IMG/VR virus record: IMGVR_UViG_3300024239_000011
Span: 310,001-374,000 of that record
Strand: one strand, 5' to 3'
DNA length: 64,000 nucleotides
In this document: positions 46,872 to 55,528 of the stretch, piece after piece
How positions within the stretch are numbered: the stretch's first letter is position 1
How the letters are laid out: every line of letters starts with the position of its first letter
Made by a program: the position numbers and the translations under genes
Notes under the pieces: generated by a model
Seen by the model: only the letters and a program-made list of their open reading frames with translations
Told to the model about the DNA's origin: nothing
Databases searched by the model: none

Positions 46872-47948
46872 ATGTCTGATTTGTTTACAGCGGAAACGCT
46901 GGCAAAATTTGTCAGCAATCAATCGTTTCTCATCATGCTCATTTCGATCATGGTGATTTCCGGGATCATGAAGACCAAGGGTATTCTTGAACCCATCTAT
47001 AGCATTCTCGTGAAGTACATACCGAATCGTCGCGTGCTGTTGAGCATCCTCACGACGATCTATGGTGTCCTTCCGGTCCCGTCCCGTGTTACTGTCACAG
47101 CCGCGTTGCTAGACACCATGGTGGACAAAACCAAGGACAACCGCAAAATGGGTCTGCTGTCGTACATCGCGACCCACCATTACTATCTGTGGAGTCCGCT
47201 TGAAAAAAGCGTGCTGATCTGTATGGCGGGTCTCGGTCTGACATATTCGGCGTTTATCGGCTACATGATCATACCGGTTATCCTTAGCTTCGCAGTCATC
47301 TTTGGCTATATTTTCTGGTGCATCAAGGATGAGGATATCATTGGTTTTCACGTCGATGAAAATGCTCAGATGTCATGGAGCAAGCGCGTCGATTTTCTGC
47401 TATTGACGTTTTTCCTCATTCTTAACGCATGTAGCGTTTTCGCTGATATCAAGCTAGGATCGATAAAAATTAGCGGAATGGCGTGGAGCGCCGCTTTCTT
47501 TGCGATCTATCTGGTGTTCAAACATATCCCGTCGCGTGCTGAACTGGCGTCGTTTGTAAATTGGAAATTGGTCAGCTTCACTGCCCTCGTAATCACAGCC
47601 GGTTGGTTGGTTGGGTTCTATGCCAATTCAATTCAAGATTTTATCAAAGCAAATGCCCAAGGTTATGGGGTATTTGGCGCGTTGATTATCGGCTTTGCTG
47701 CTGCCTTCGCGTTGGGGTCGAGCAGCCGCTATGCCGCGATTGCGGTCATCCTGACCAAGATATTCGGGATGCCTTTCTTCCTGCTGTTCTTCATCGTTGA
47801 ATATGCGGGATACCTACTTAGCCCCACCCATAAGTGCATGGCAATCGGGCAGTTGTACTTCAATACCCGCCTGCGGGATACCTATGCGGTTGTCGGATTT
47901 CTTGTGGTGGTTCTCATCACGTTTGCCACCGTATACACGCTCGTCTAA
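46872..47948 (+). CDS. Multi-TM membrane protein (DUF401 / ion-transporter superfamily-like)
   Basis: About 10 hydrophobic segments; GYLLSPTHKC motif. Confidence 0.65.
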   Translation: MSDLFTAETLAKFVSNQSFLIMLISIMVISGIMKTKGILEPIYSILVKYIPNRRVLLSILTTIYGVLPVPSRVTVTAALLDTMVDKTKDNRKMGLLSYIATHHYYLWSPLEKSVLICMAGLGLTYSAFIGYMIIPVILSFAVIFGYIFWCIKDEDIIGFHVDENAQMSWSKRVDFLLLTFFLILNACSVFADIKLGSIKISGMAWSAAFFAIYLVFKHIPSRAELASFVNWKLVSFTALVITAGWLVGFYANSIQDFIKANAQGYGVFGALIIGFAAAFALGSSSRYAAIAVILTKIFGMPFFLLFFIVEYAGYLLSPTHKCMAIGQLYFNTRLRDTYAVVGFLVVVLITFATVYTLV

Positions 47949-47954
47949 ACGCGA

Positions 47955-47983
47955 AAATGGGTGGGGTTATCCCCACCCATTTT
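47955..47983 (+). terminator. Intrinsic terminator
   Basis: aaaatgggtgggg-ttat-ccccacccatttt. Confidence 0.75.
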
Positions 47984-48032
47984 CCATTGCAACCCACTAT
48001 AGCAAACCCTATAATAGGGTACGAGGTGGGTG

Positions 48033-48464
48033 ATGAAATACGTAGATTGTCATTTAGCTGATCAAATTTACACACATATCGATCCAACTGATGGAACGGT
48101 ACGTCATTTCAATGCGTCCGCAATGATTGATGCATGCAAAACCGGTCACTGTCCGTTCAAACGTCTAATAATTCCCATTGAACCATTATTTGTCCAACTT
48201 TGTCTTGAACAGCGCGGAATTGAACCACATCGGTTGGTTCGACTTACTACAGAACAACTTGATGACCCAATTCTTGGCGCACGGTTTCCCGATGGAACAA
48301 CGCTGACAGTTGATGGTCATCATCGTTATGTTCGGCGGTACCAACTAAATCATAAAACCATCACCATGTGGGTCATGTTTCCACTTCATTGGAAACGATT
48401 TTTGATTGATGATTTACCAACGACCAATAGTGCCGATCTTCTTTCTGAATACTCGGGGTTGTAA
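48033..48464 (+). CDS. ParB/Srx-like domain protein
   Basis: PIL..TLTVDGHHR. Confidence 0.55.
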   Translation: MKYVDCHLADQIYTHIDPTDGTVRHFNASAMIDACKTGHCPFKRLIIPIEPLFVQLCLEQRGIEPHRLVRLTTEQLDDPILGARFPDGTTLTVDGHHRYVRRYQLNHKTITMWVMFPLHWKRFLIDDLPTTNSADLLSEYSGL

Positions 48465-48465
48465 A

Positions 48466-48891
48466 ATGTCCATACTTGAAATCAATGACGTTGTTCGGGT
48501 GCAAATGCGCGAGATCATCACCCGTGCGTCAGTGAACCCATATACACAGGCGCAAATTGAGGCATTGATGCGCCTCGGGTCGGCTTCCGGTACTGCCGCC
48601 GACCCTGCGGAAAGAAACAAACTTTTCACTATGACGGTTCCTCACGGGTTTAATGTAACATACACCCATGAGCATCAACCATTTGGTCTTGCACGGCATT
48701 TGTCAGTGAGCGTGCTACGCAAAGGTCGTGTGCCGAATGTTCCCGCTATGGAAATGATCATGCAGGAATTCGGTTTCACATCCGATTTTCAATTGTGTAT
48801 AAACAACGGAACTGTATGGAACGAGAAAATTCCCAACGGAAATTATGCTATCAATGTCATCGAACCAGTTGAAGGATGGGGTGCGGTTTAG
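48466..48891 (+). CDS. Hypothetical protein
   Basis: RHLSVS..GRVP motif; ORF tiling. Confidence 0.6.
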   Translation: MSILEINDVVRVQMREIITRASVNPYTQAQIEALMRLGSASGTAADPAERNKLFTMTVPHGFNVTYTHEHQPFGLARHLSVSVLRKGRVPNVPAMEMIMQEFGFTSDFQLCINNGTVWNEKIPNGNYAINVIEPVEGWGAV

Positions 48892-49241
48892 CTTTCTAGC
48901 CCTTCGGCACATGAAATATTGATCGCGATGAGCGTATCGAGTTTTTCTGGTGTTGGGTTCTCGTAGATTTCCAAGGTTCTACGATCCACGAATGCCGATA
49001 ACCGCAGCAAGTTGGTTCGAAGGTCCGCCGGAAGTGGGCAGTCGTCGGACATCGCATCAGCCTGTACAACCGTCCAGAAACGCTGATTGTACTTTAACGC
49101 ATCGTTGAGGTTGTCGGGGTTCCAGTTATTACGAAGGTCTTGTAATCGCCCAATAGCCGTGCGCAATACACGTGCTTGCACTAGGCGATCACTAGCAAGT
49201 ACCCGATTTGCTTTTTGATATGCGCCGATCCCATTAGACAT
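48888..49241 (-). CDS. flaF: Flagellar biosynthesis regulator FlaF
   Basis: AYQ..ALKYNQRFWT..PLPADLRTNLLRLSAFV..LIAINISCAEGL. Confidence 0.9.
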   Translation of the reverse strand: MSNGIGAYQKANRVLASDRLVQARVLRTAIGRLQDLRNNWNPDNLNDALKYNQRFWTVVQADAMSDDCPLPADLRTNLLRLSAFVDRRTLEIYENPTPEKLDTLIAINISCAEGLES

Positions 49242-49617
49242 TTAGAAGCTCTCCTTCGTACTCGATCAGTTTTTGGCATTCGCGTAGGGCTTTGTAATAC
49301 TGCCCAGCAACAAGATGTTGTTGGATTGCGATAATGAAGGGGTACATAGATGGTGCCGCTTTCATGAGTTCGCCAACGTGATCAAAGAAATCTGTTTGGT
49401 ATTTTTCGATATTGTCCGTGTCTACGTACATCATCTGAATGAACAGGTACGCGACTTTCGATGGGGTGTCGGCGGTTTCAACCGTCAGCACATCTTTCTG
49501 ACGAAGAATTGGCACATCATTGTGGATAGTAATTTCCGTTTTACCGGTTTCAGCACCGGTAATCACGGCGGTACCGACAATGATTTTCTCATTGGGTTTG
49601 AGAACAAGTTTTAGCAT
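49234..49617 (-). CDS. flbT: Flagellin translational regulator FlbT
   Basis: LKLVLKPNEKIIVG..ILRQKDVL..ADTP..YLFIQMMY..YYKALRECQKLIEYE. Confidence 0.92.
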   Translation of the reverse strand: MLKLVLKPNEKIIVGTAVITGAETGKTEITIHNDVPILRQKDVLTVETADTPSKVAYLFIQMMYVDTDNIEKYQTDFFDHVGELMKAAPSMYPFIIAIQQHLVAGQYYKALRECQKLIEYEGELLNV

Positions 49618-49664
49618 TTCATTTGCTCCGCAAGGTCGGGGGTGCCAAAGCACCCCCTATCCTA

Positions 49665-50504
49665 TTAACCGAAAAGACGCAGAACGCCTTGAGCGGACTG
49701 ATTCGCCATGCTCAGCGAGTTAAGAGCAAGCTGGCTACGGGTCTGAAGGGCGAGCAGCTTGGCGCTTTCGTCATTCATGTCCGCATTGGTCAGATCATCG
49801 GCACCAGCACGGTGAGTGGTGATCATGTTCTTGGTGAAATCCGAGCGAATCTTCAGCAAGCTATTGGAGCTACCCAGTGTTGCTGCCGTTGAACGGACGG
49901 TGGACATCGCAGTAGACAAAAGCGCAATGTCGGCATCGATTGCAGCAGTACCAGTTGCCAGGGTCGCATTACCCCAGTCCCCAGCCGCAGTCACCGCCAA
50001 TCCGGTTGCATCACTAGCCGTACCGGTGACAGACATTGATGCGGAACCATCACGATTGAAAGTGACCGTGAGACTGTCCGGGGTACCCTTGATGAGGTTC
50101 ACACCGTCATAGGTAGAGTCCGATGCAATCTTGTCCAACTGAGTACGAAGTGCATCGTACTGAGTTTTGAAAGCAGTGCGGTCAGCCGCAACCGAAGATG
50201 CCTTAGCTTGCTCAGCAAGACCCTTCATTTGTTTCAAAACACCTTCAATGGCGGTTAGACCATCGGTTGCAGTCTTAACGGTATTCATGGCATTGGTAAT
50301 GCCATCCTTTAGAGAAAACAAGTCGTCGGCAGTATCATAGAGATTTTTGGCCCGGAAATAGTTCACCGGGTCATCAATTGCACTGGCAACTCGCTTACCA
50401 GATGCTAAGCGTCCTTGTACGACGCTCATATCACTGTCCGTCCGTTGAAGAGACAGCAGAACATTGCGAACACTTGCATTGAGGGAAATGTTGTCCGTAG
50501 ACAT
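49665..50504 (-). CDS. Flagellin (short alphaproteobacterial type)
   Basis: SVRNVLLSLQ..RLASGKRVASAIDDP, YDGVNL, ADMNDESAKLLALQTRSQL..SMANQSAQGVLRLF. Confidence 0.95.
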   Translation of the reverse strand: MSTDNISLNASVRNVLLSLQRTDSDMSVVQGRLASGKRVASAIDDPVNYFRAKNLYDTADDLFSLKDGITNAMNTVKTATDGLTAIEGVLKQMKGLAEQAKASSVAADRTAFKTQYDALRTQLDKIASDSTYDGVNLIKGTPDSLTVTFNRDGSASMSVTGTASDATGLAVTAAGDWGNATLATGTAAIDADIALLSTAMSTVRSTAATLGSSNSLLKIRSDFTKNMITTHRAGADDLTNADMNDESAKLLALQTRSQLALNSLSMANQSAQGVLRLFG

Positions 50505-50513
50505 GATAGACCT

Positions 50514-50565
50514 CCTCCTGAGGGTATGTTAGTGGATTACTTCCACCACAAATATTTACAGGAGG
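50514..50565 (-). promoter_or_regulatory. Late promoter with RBS-sequestering inverted repeat upstream of flagellin
   Basis: Minus strand reads cctcctG-TAAATA ... caggagg (RBS). Confidence 0.6.
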
Positions 50566-50609
50566 GGGTACTACTTTTACGTAGGTTTTAATTATTCCAT
50601 ACACGCCAC

Positions 50610-50840
50610 GTGATGTTGACCGTCGAACGACTCACCAACCCACGGTTCCCCAGTAAAATTACGGACGAGTACGGGTTTGACCCAACAATCTGGTACCACG
50701 GCACGCGGAGACGATTTGAACAATTCCGTGATCCCGAGAAAGAAACTCACAAATCACAAATTGAGGAACTTGGACCGGTACCAGACCAACTGGTGGTGTT
50801 CAAACCCGAGGATGTTCGAATCCTCGCACGCCACAAATGA
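50610..50840 (+). CDS. Internally deleted ADP-ribosyltransferase-like mini-protein or relic
   Basis: WYHGT..FEQF and VVFKPEDVR, the two ends of an ART-like domain, within 76 aa. Confidence 0.4.
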   Translation: MMLTVERLTNPRFPSKITDEYGFDPTIWYHGTRRRFEQFRDPEKETHKSQIEELGPVPDQLVVFKPEDVRILARHK

Positions 50841-50851
50841 AAAAGGGAGGC

Positions 50852-51211
50852 TTAAGCCTCCCCGTCCTCTTCAAGGTCTGACAACTGAGTATTGGCGCTA
50901 TCAAGAGCGCGAAGTTCCTGCATGGTCAGGATATTATATCCACCCGCACCAAGACGGTTGCGCGGATTACCGCACATATAACAGGAACAAACCTTCAGGT
51001 GATCGTGATTACGCCGAGCGAAGTAATCGCGCTTTTCGAAAACCTCATCCCAGGTTTCCTGACGCACGATAAAGCGGCGTTTAACACGATCAATCCAATC
51101 ATAATGATGCTCTGGCTGACGATGCCAACGAGAGGCAACACGGCGCCCACGAGCAATCATACGTTCGCGGTCGCGAATACGACGTGCGCGTTTTGGTTCT
51201 TTAAAAGACAT
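50852..51211 (-). CDS. Small basic protein with CSCxMCGNPR motif
   Basis: Arg-rich; GGAGG RBS inside a long hairpin; downstream terminator. Confidence 0.7.
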   Translation of the reverse strand: MSFKEPKRARRIRDRERMIARGRRVASRWHRQPEHHYDWIDRVKRRFIVRQETWDEVFEKRDYFARRNHDHLKVCSCYMCGNPRNRLGAGGYNILTMQELRALDSANTQLSDLEEDGEA

Positions 51212-51366
51212 TCTTCTTCCTCCGAGTTCGCTCTAGAGCGAGCCGCCGGAAGAAATAACCGACCGCCCTAGAGCATGTTTCGGAGGAAGAAGGGATTTTG
51301 TATGTTCTGATCCATGCTGCTATTTACGCTAAATAGGTCTAGAATGTCAACCGGGAGATTTGATAA

Positions 51367-53349
51367 ATGGGAATTTCTTTTGGCGGTGGGGTGAACCCAT
51401 TTGGTACGTTTAAAATACGCACTAACATCCCACCTTCATGGGGCACCAATAGTGGTACAATTGGTTCGGCTAATGGTGGAATTCCCTACAATTTCACATT
51501 TGTTGCCACTGACATCGATCACGGACCTATTCCTCTATCGATTCACTTGGCTTCTGGAACGCTTCCTGCTGGGTTGAATATATCGGATATGAGCATAGTC
51601 GGAACACCAGTTAATATCCCAGGAACCTATGTGTTTACCTTACGGCTGACCGATGGATTGGCGGAAGCATTTCGAACTTTTAGTCTTGATGTCACCAACC
51701 AGAATCCAATATGGCAAACCAACGCCGGTTCTCTCGGGACGTTTTATACAAATACTGCGGTAAACCAAACATTATTGGCAACCGACCCTAATAACGATTC
51801 GATCACGTTTGGTGTTGTTGAGGGGGCACTCCCGCCAGGAATTACATTATCAAGTGCAGGAAACCTTAGCGGTACTCCAACCATGACTGGTATTACCAAT
51901 TTCACAGTACGCGCGTCCGATAATCACGGCGGTGCCGTTGATCGTGTTTTTACAATGACCGTTTCCGAAAACATCCCAATGACTGGTTTGGTTGGTTGGT
52001 GGGACACATCTACGGTGACGGCATCTACGGGACAAACTGTCACAACCCTGACCGATCTCAGCGGTGCTGGTAATCACATGACCGGTAATGGAACATGCTC
52101 CATCGGACCAAATAGTATGAAAGTCGCAAGTGGGTCATTTACGGCTCCACATAGTACGACATTTAATCATAATGGCGAATACACCACGTTTACGGTATAC
52201 AAATCCACCGTTCCGAATAACACATGGAGTTCTATTGGGTTTAACAAAGACGCTTATCCATCTGGGGCAACTCAATACCAGAACTATGTTTACACCAATG
52301 GCAGTGTTCCAACGGTATATGCATCTATAGCAACAGTCCCCGGCACTGCAAGTTACGCACAGAATTATGCCCATACAAATAATGAATGGACTATTGGGTG
52401 TTTCCGTGTGAACTACAATGGAACCCAGTCATGGTTGAATTATTACAAAAATGGTATTAATCATGGTGATGGTGCTAAAATTACCGGGAAGACGGAAAAC
52501 AATACTTCGAACGCAGTATTGAATATTGGTTCTGGCACCCTTGCCGAATGCTTGGTGTACACTCGTAAACTTACAGATACCGAACGAATTCAGGTCGAGA
52601 ACTACCTATCATCAAAATGGGGATTGTGGGTTGCTTCGAACAACACCATGATGAAAACAGATGGTCTACTCTTTGATTTTGATGCCACCGCCATTTCCGC
52701 GACAGATGGGCAAACAATTACTGCATGGAATGATCGGTCTCAGTACGGGCATCATTTGACCGGAAGCGGAAAATATTTAACCAATCAAGTTGGCGGCAAA
52801 CCGGTGCTGGAAATCAGCAGTGGTCAAAGTTTTTATCGCGCCAATCAAGCAACTCTTCACCACAACGGTGAATACTCCGGATTTTATGTATATAAACAGA
52901 ATGGCTGGGATCAATATACCCCTCTCATCATAAAATCGGATTGGAGTAATAACGGACCAACCGAATTTCAATTTGCGCAGACCCAAAATGACAATTCAAC
53001 ATGGTACGGGTACTGCGGTGGAAATGGTGGTCGTGGCGGGAATGTTATTTCGGTAAGCACTCTTCAGCCTCAAAATACGTTTAGCATCGTTGCACAAACG
53101 GTCACCTACAATGGTTCTACCAGCTTGATGTCGTTCTTTCGTAATGGCGTTTCTAAAGGGTCCGGGTCACAAACAGGTAAAACAAATCAAGCAGCAGCAG
53201 GGCTATCAGTTGGTGGTGTAAATGCGACCACCACAAAACAATACATTGCTCAAATTATTATGTTTACTCGTCGCCTATCTAATGCGGAGCAGAATTGGGT
53301 TCAAGGCTATTTGTCCTCCAAATACGATATCGCAGTGACACAATCATAA
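51367..53349 (+). CDS. Virion fibre/decoration protein: two Ig-like repeats plus two LamG/concanavalin-like domains
   Basis: SGTLPAGL..GTP and GALPPGITLS..GTP; duplicated (G/F)WD..W.D.S..G.H..VE.YLSSK(W/Y). CTAAATA at 51329-51335. Confidence 0.75.
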   Translation: MGISFGGGVNPFGTFKIRTNIPPSWGTNSGTIGSANGGIPYNFTFVATDIDHGPIPLSIHLASGTLPAGLNISDMSIVGTPVNIPGTYVFTLRLTDGLAEAFRTFSLDVTNQNPIWQTNAGSLGTFYTNTAVNQTLLATDPNNDSITFGVVEGALPPGITLSSAGNLSGTPTMTGITNFTVRASDNHGGAVDRVFTMTVSENIPMTGLVGWWDTSTVTASTGQTVTTLTDLSGAGNHMTGNGTCSIGPNSMKVASGSFTAPHSTTFNHNGEYTTFTVYKSTVPNNTWSSIGFNKDAYPSGATQYQNYVYTNGSVPTVYASIATVPGTASYAQNYAHTNNEWTIGCFRVNYNGTQSWLNYYKNGINHGDGAKITGKTENNTSNAVLNIGSGTLAECLVYTRKLTDTERIQVENYLSSKWGLWVASNNTMMKTDGLLFDFDATAISATDGQTITAWNDRSQYGHHLTGSGKYLTNQVGGKPVLEISSGQSFYRANQATLHHNGEYSGFYVYKQNGWDQYTPLIIKSDWSNNGPTEFQFAQTQNDNSTWYGYCGGNGGRGGNVISVSTLQPQNTFSIVAQTVTYNGSTSLMSFFRNGVSKGSGSQTGKTNQAAAGLSVGGVNATTTKQYIAQIIMFTRRLSNAEQNWVQGYLSSKYDIAVTQS

Positions 53350-53378
53350 GAAAAGGGCGGGATTTCTCCCGCCCTTTT
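53350..53378. terminator. Bidirectional terminator
   Basis: aaaagggcggga-tttc-tcccgccctttt. Confidence 0.8.
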
Positions 53379-53790
53379 ACACTACGTCCCGAATGCATTG
53401 GAGGTAATCAACCGGTGCAAATACCGCATCAGATTCAATCTCGGTCGCCGCCAGTTTCATAAACTGACCATGGCGATCCTTGAGAACCTTGTAGCCATCA
53501 GGGCAGTCTTCGAGAATAAGATCGGGAATTGCAGACATTTCCCGTGGACCACGAATGGTACGTACTTCTTTGTCAGCGTGTCGTAAGAAATCAGTGGAAC
53601 GCACCATCAAGCACAGAGATTTCCGGTCTATTTGTGATTGAGTATGTGCGTTAAGAATGGTTTCCGCCATAGTATTGAAGGAGCGAACCCCAAAAAATCC
53701 AGCCGCACGAATTTCCCCTGCGGTAATCACCCTATAACGATCACCAAGCAGCCCCGTAACTTCTATTTGAGACAATAACCGCTGTGTCAT
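53377..53790 (-). CDS. Small protein with C-terminal DYL tag (paralog of 54097)
   Basis: Ends PVDYLQCIRDVV; IPDLIL..YKVLKDRHG. Confidence 0.6.
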   Translation of the reverse strand: MTQRLLSQIEVTGLLGDRYRVITAGEIRAAGFFGVRSFNTMAETILNAHTQSQIDRKSLCLMVRSTDFLRHADKEVRTIRGPREMSAIPDLILEDCPDGYKVLKDRHGQFMKLAATEIESDAVFAPVDYLQCIRDVV

Positions 53791-54113
53791 TCTACAACTT
53801 CCTTCGTGATTTGTAAAAAATCAACCCCATCCGCGATGGCTTCGTTAACCAGCTTTGCCCAGCGGTCGTCGTAATCGTGATCCGACCACCCGGCACACTC
53901 AGGCTGCCCACGGAGCCAATTCCGAACCTGCATACCTTCCCGGAAATGAACCGGGTGTGGAATGTAGGGACCGGACGGATTCATGGGATGGGTGGTCGAA
54001 ATGACCGGTGAAACCGTACCAAATTCCTTCTTGTAATCGCGGAAGAGGGAAATCCCATCATTCCCCAACCATTCTTTCAAACGTTGAATAAGCATCTTAG
54101 CCACCTTGTACAC
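53787..54113 (-). CDS. Small protein with C-terminal DFL tag
   Basis: HFREGMQVRNWLR; ends GVDFLQITKEVVE. Confidence 0.6.
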   Translation of the reverse strand: MYKVAKMLIQRLKEWLGNDGISLFRDYKKEFGTVSPVISTTHPMNPSGPYIPHPVHFREGMQVRNWLRGQPECAGWSDHDYDDRWAKLVNEAIADGVDFLQITKEVVE

Positions 54114-54480
54114 ATTGTTTGATACAATCTAAGTAGTCAACCGGAGGACGTAGGGCGGATTCCCATAATGTCCCCTCAACATCTCTCAATATTTTGTATC
54201 CAGTATATCCCCGCTGGATGACCAAATCCGGAATTTTTAATAATGGGACTATGAAAACCGGCACCACAAAGAGATCATCCGGGGCGCCGAAGTATGGGAT
54301 ATGAAGGCACAGTTTCTTACCCGATGTATGAGCCTCGTCATAATGCTCTTCAAGTGCCGGAACGGTATCGTGAGCCGTATGAATAAGTTCTCGGTATGAT
54401 ACCGTCAGGTACCGTTTCCCCATTAGACGATCTAATTCTGGTTGCGTTAGTATCCGGCGCATAACGTAGAATTCAAGCAT
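54097..54480 (-). CDS. Small protein with C-terminal DYL tag (paralog of 53377)
   Basis: Ends PVDYLDCIKQCVQGG; IPDLVI..YKILRD. Confidence 0.6.
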   Translation of the reverse strand: MLEFYVMRRILTQPELDRLMGKRYLTVSYRELIHTAHDTVPALEEHYDEAHTSGKKLCLHIPYFGAPDDLFVVPVFIVPLLKIPDLVIQRGYTGYKILRDVEGTLWESALRPPVDYLDCIKQCVQGG

Positions 54481-55438
54481 GAACGTTCTCGAACAGAGGG
54501 TTGAGATACCGTGCCACCTTGTCCTCATGCATGAACATGAGATCATATTCTTCGACCGGCTTCCCAAAGTAATATTTGATCACCTGAGGAAGGACGAAGA
54601 CTGGCACGTTACGGAATTTCGGGGTGGCACCATCCCATTCCTTGACGAAGAAATCATGGTCGGGATGGATACGACGCAACCAGAACGGCTCCACCCGTAA
54701 ATTGAATGCCCCCTCAACTTTATCACGGTACCGGCGGAACAACGATCCAGTGTGATTAGTGGAAGTAAGCTCCCAATCGCTGACAAAATCCTTCTCGCTG
54801 GACACAACAATCAGTTCATCAGACCCTAGCAGGCGTAAACGCTCTTCGGGGATTCCGGCTTCGATGACCGACTGCAACACATGGTTCAGCATCCACCGAT
54901 TGATGTGCTGCTGACGGGTAGGTGATAGTTTCCCGAAGATGGACTGCCGCAGGTTCTTTGACTTCGCGAAGTACGCCGGGTGGTCGGTGAATCTGCCTAC
55001 AAAATCCTCGTATGACGCACACCCATCCACAAAATCCGCATCAAAATACCGAAGCGACTGGAAATTTGCGGTTTTGATGTCGATGCTGATAAACAGCGTG
55101 TCCGCGTTCCCGGCATGATAAATGCCTTCCTGGCGCACCCCGAGGTCACGGACCTTCATCTTACCAATGAAGTCATCTTCATTCTTCGCGAAGGCTTGGT
55201 ACCGAGGCTTGTTTTCGACGTGGCTGATGATGCGATCTCGAAGATCAGCACCAGCCACGAAGAATTGTTCCTCACCGCCGTAGTGGTTCACCGCATCCAC
55301 CAGCAACTTGTAATACCCCTCCGTCGAATACAAGGGGTCATACAGTTCTAGATAGTATTCAAAGTACGGGTCGGTAAGAACCGGGATTTGAAGCGAAAAA
55401 TCCTTAACGAATCTACGCCGAGTCTGATCGGTTAGCAC
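54473..55438 (-). CDS. Hypothetical protein with polymerase-palm-like motifs
   Basis: FISIDIKTANF, SKNLRQSIFGKL, LGSDELIV. Confidence 0.55.
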   Translation of the reverse strand: MLTDQTRRRFVKDFSLQIPVLTDPYFEYYLELYDPLYSTEGYYKLLVDAVNHYGGEEQFFVAGADLRDRIISHVENKPRYQAFAKNEDDFIGKMKVRDLGVRQEGIYHAGNADTLFISIDIKTANFQSLRYFDADFVDGCASYEDFVGRFTDHPAYFAKSKNLRQSIFGKLSPTRQQHINRWMLNHVLQSVIEAGIPEERLRLLGSDELIVVSSEKDFVSDWELTSTNHTGSLFRRYRDKVEGAFNLRVEPFWLRRIHPDHDFFVKEWDGATPKFRNVPVFVLPQVIKYYFGKPVEEYDLMFMHEDKVARYLNPLFENVHA

Positions 55439-55528
55439 GACTTTGGTCCTTTTGCCTTTTCGGTCTTATATGACAGAGGGGGCCAAACTGCAAGGAAAAT
55501 GCGCCCCTCCGAAGAAGGGCGCCCTCAG

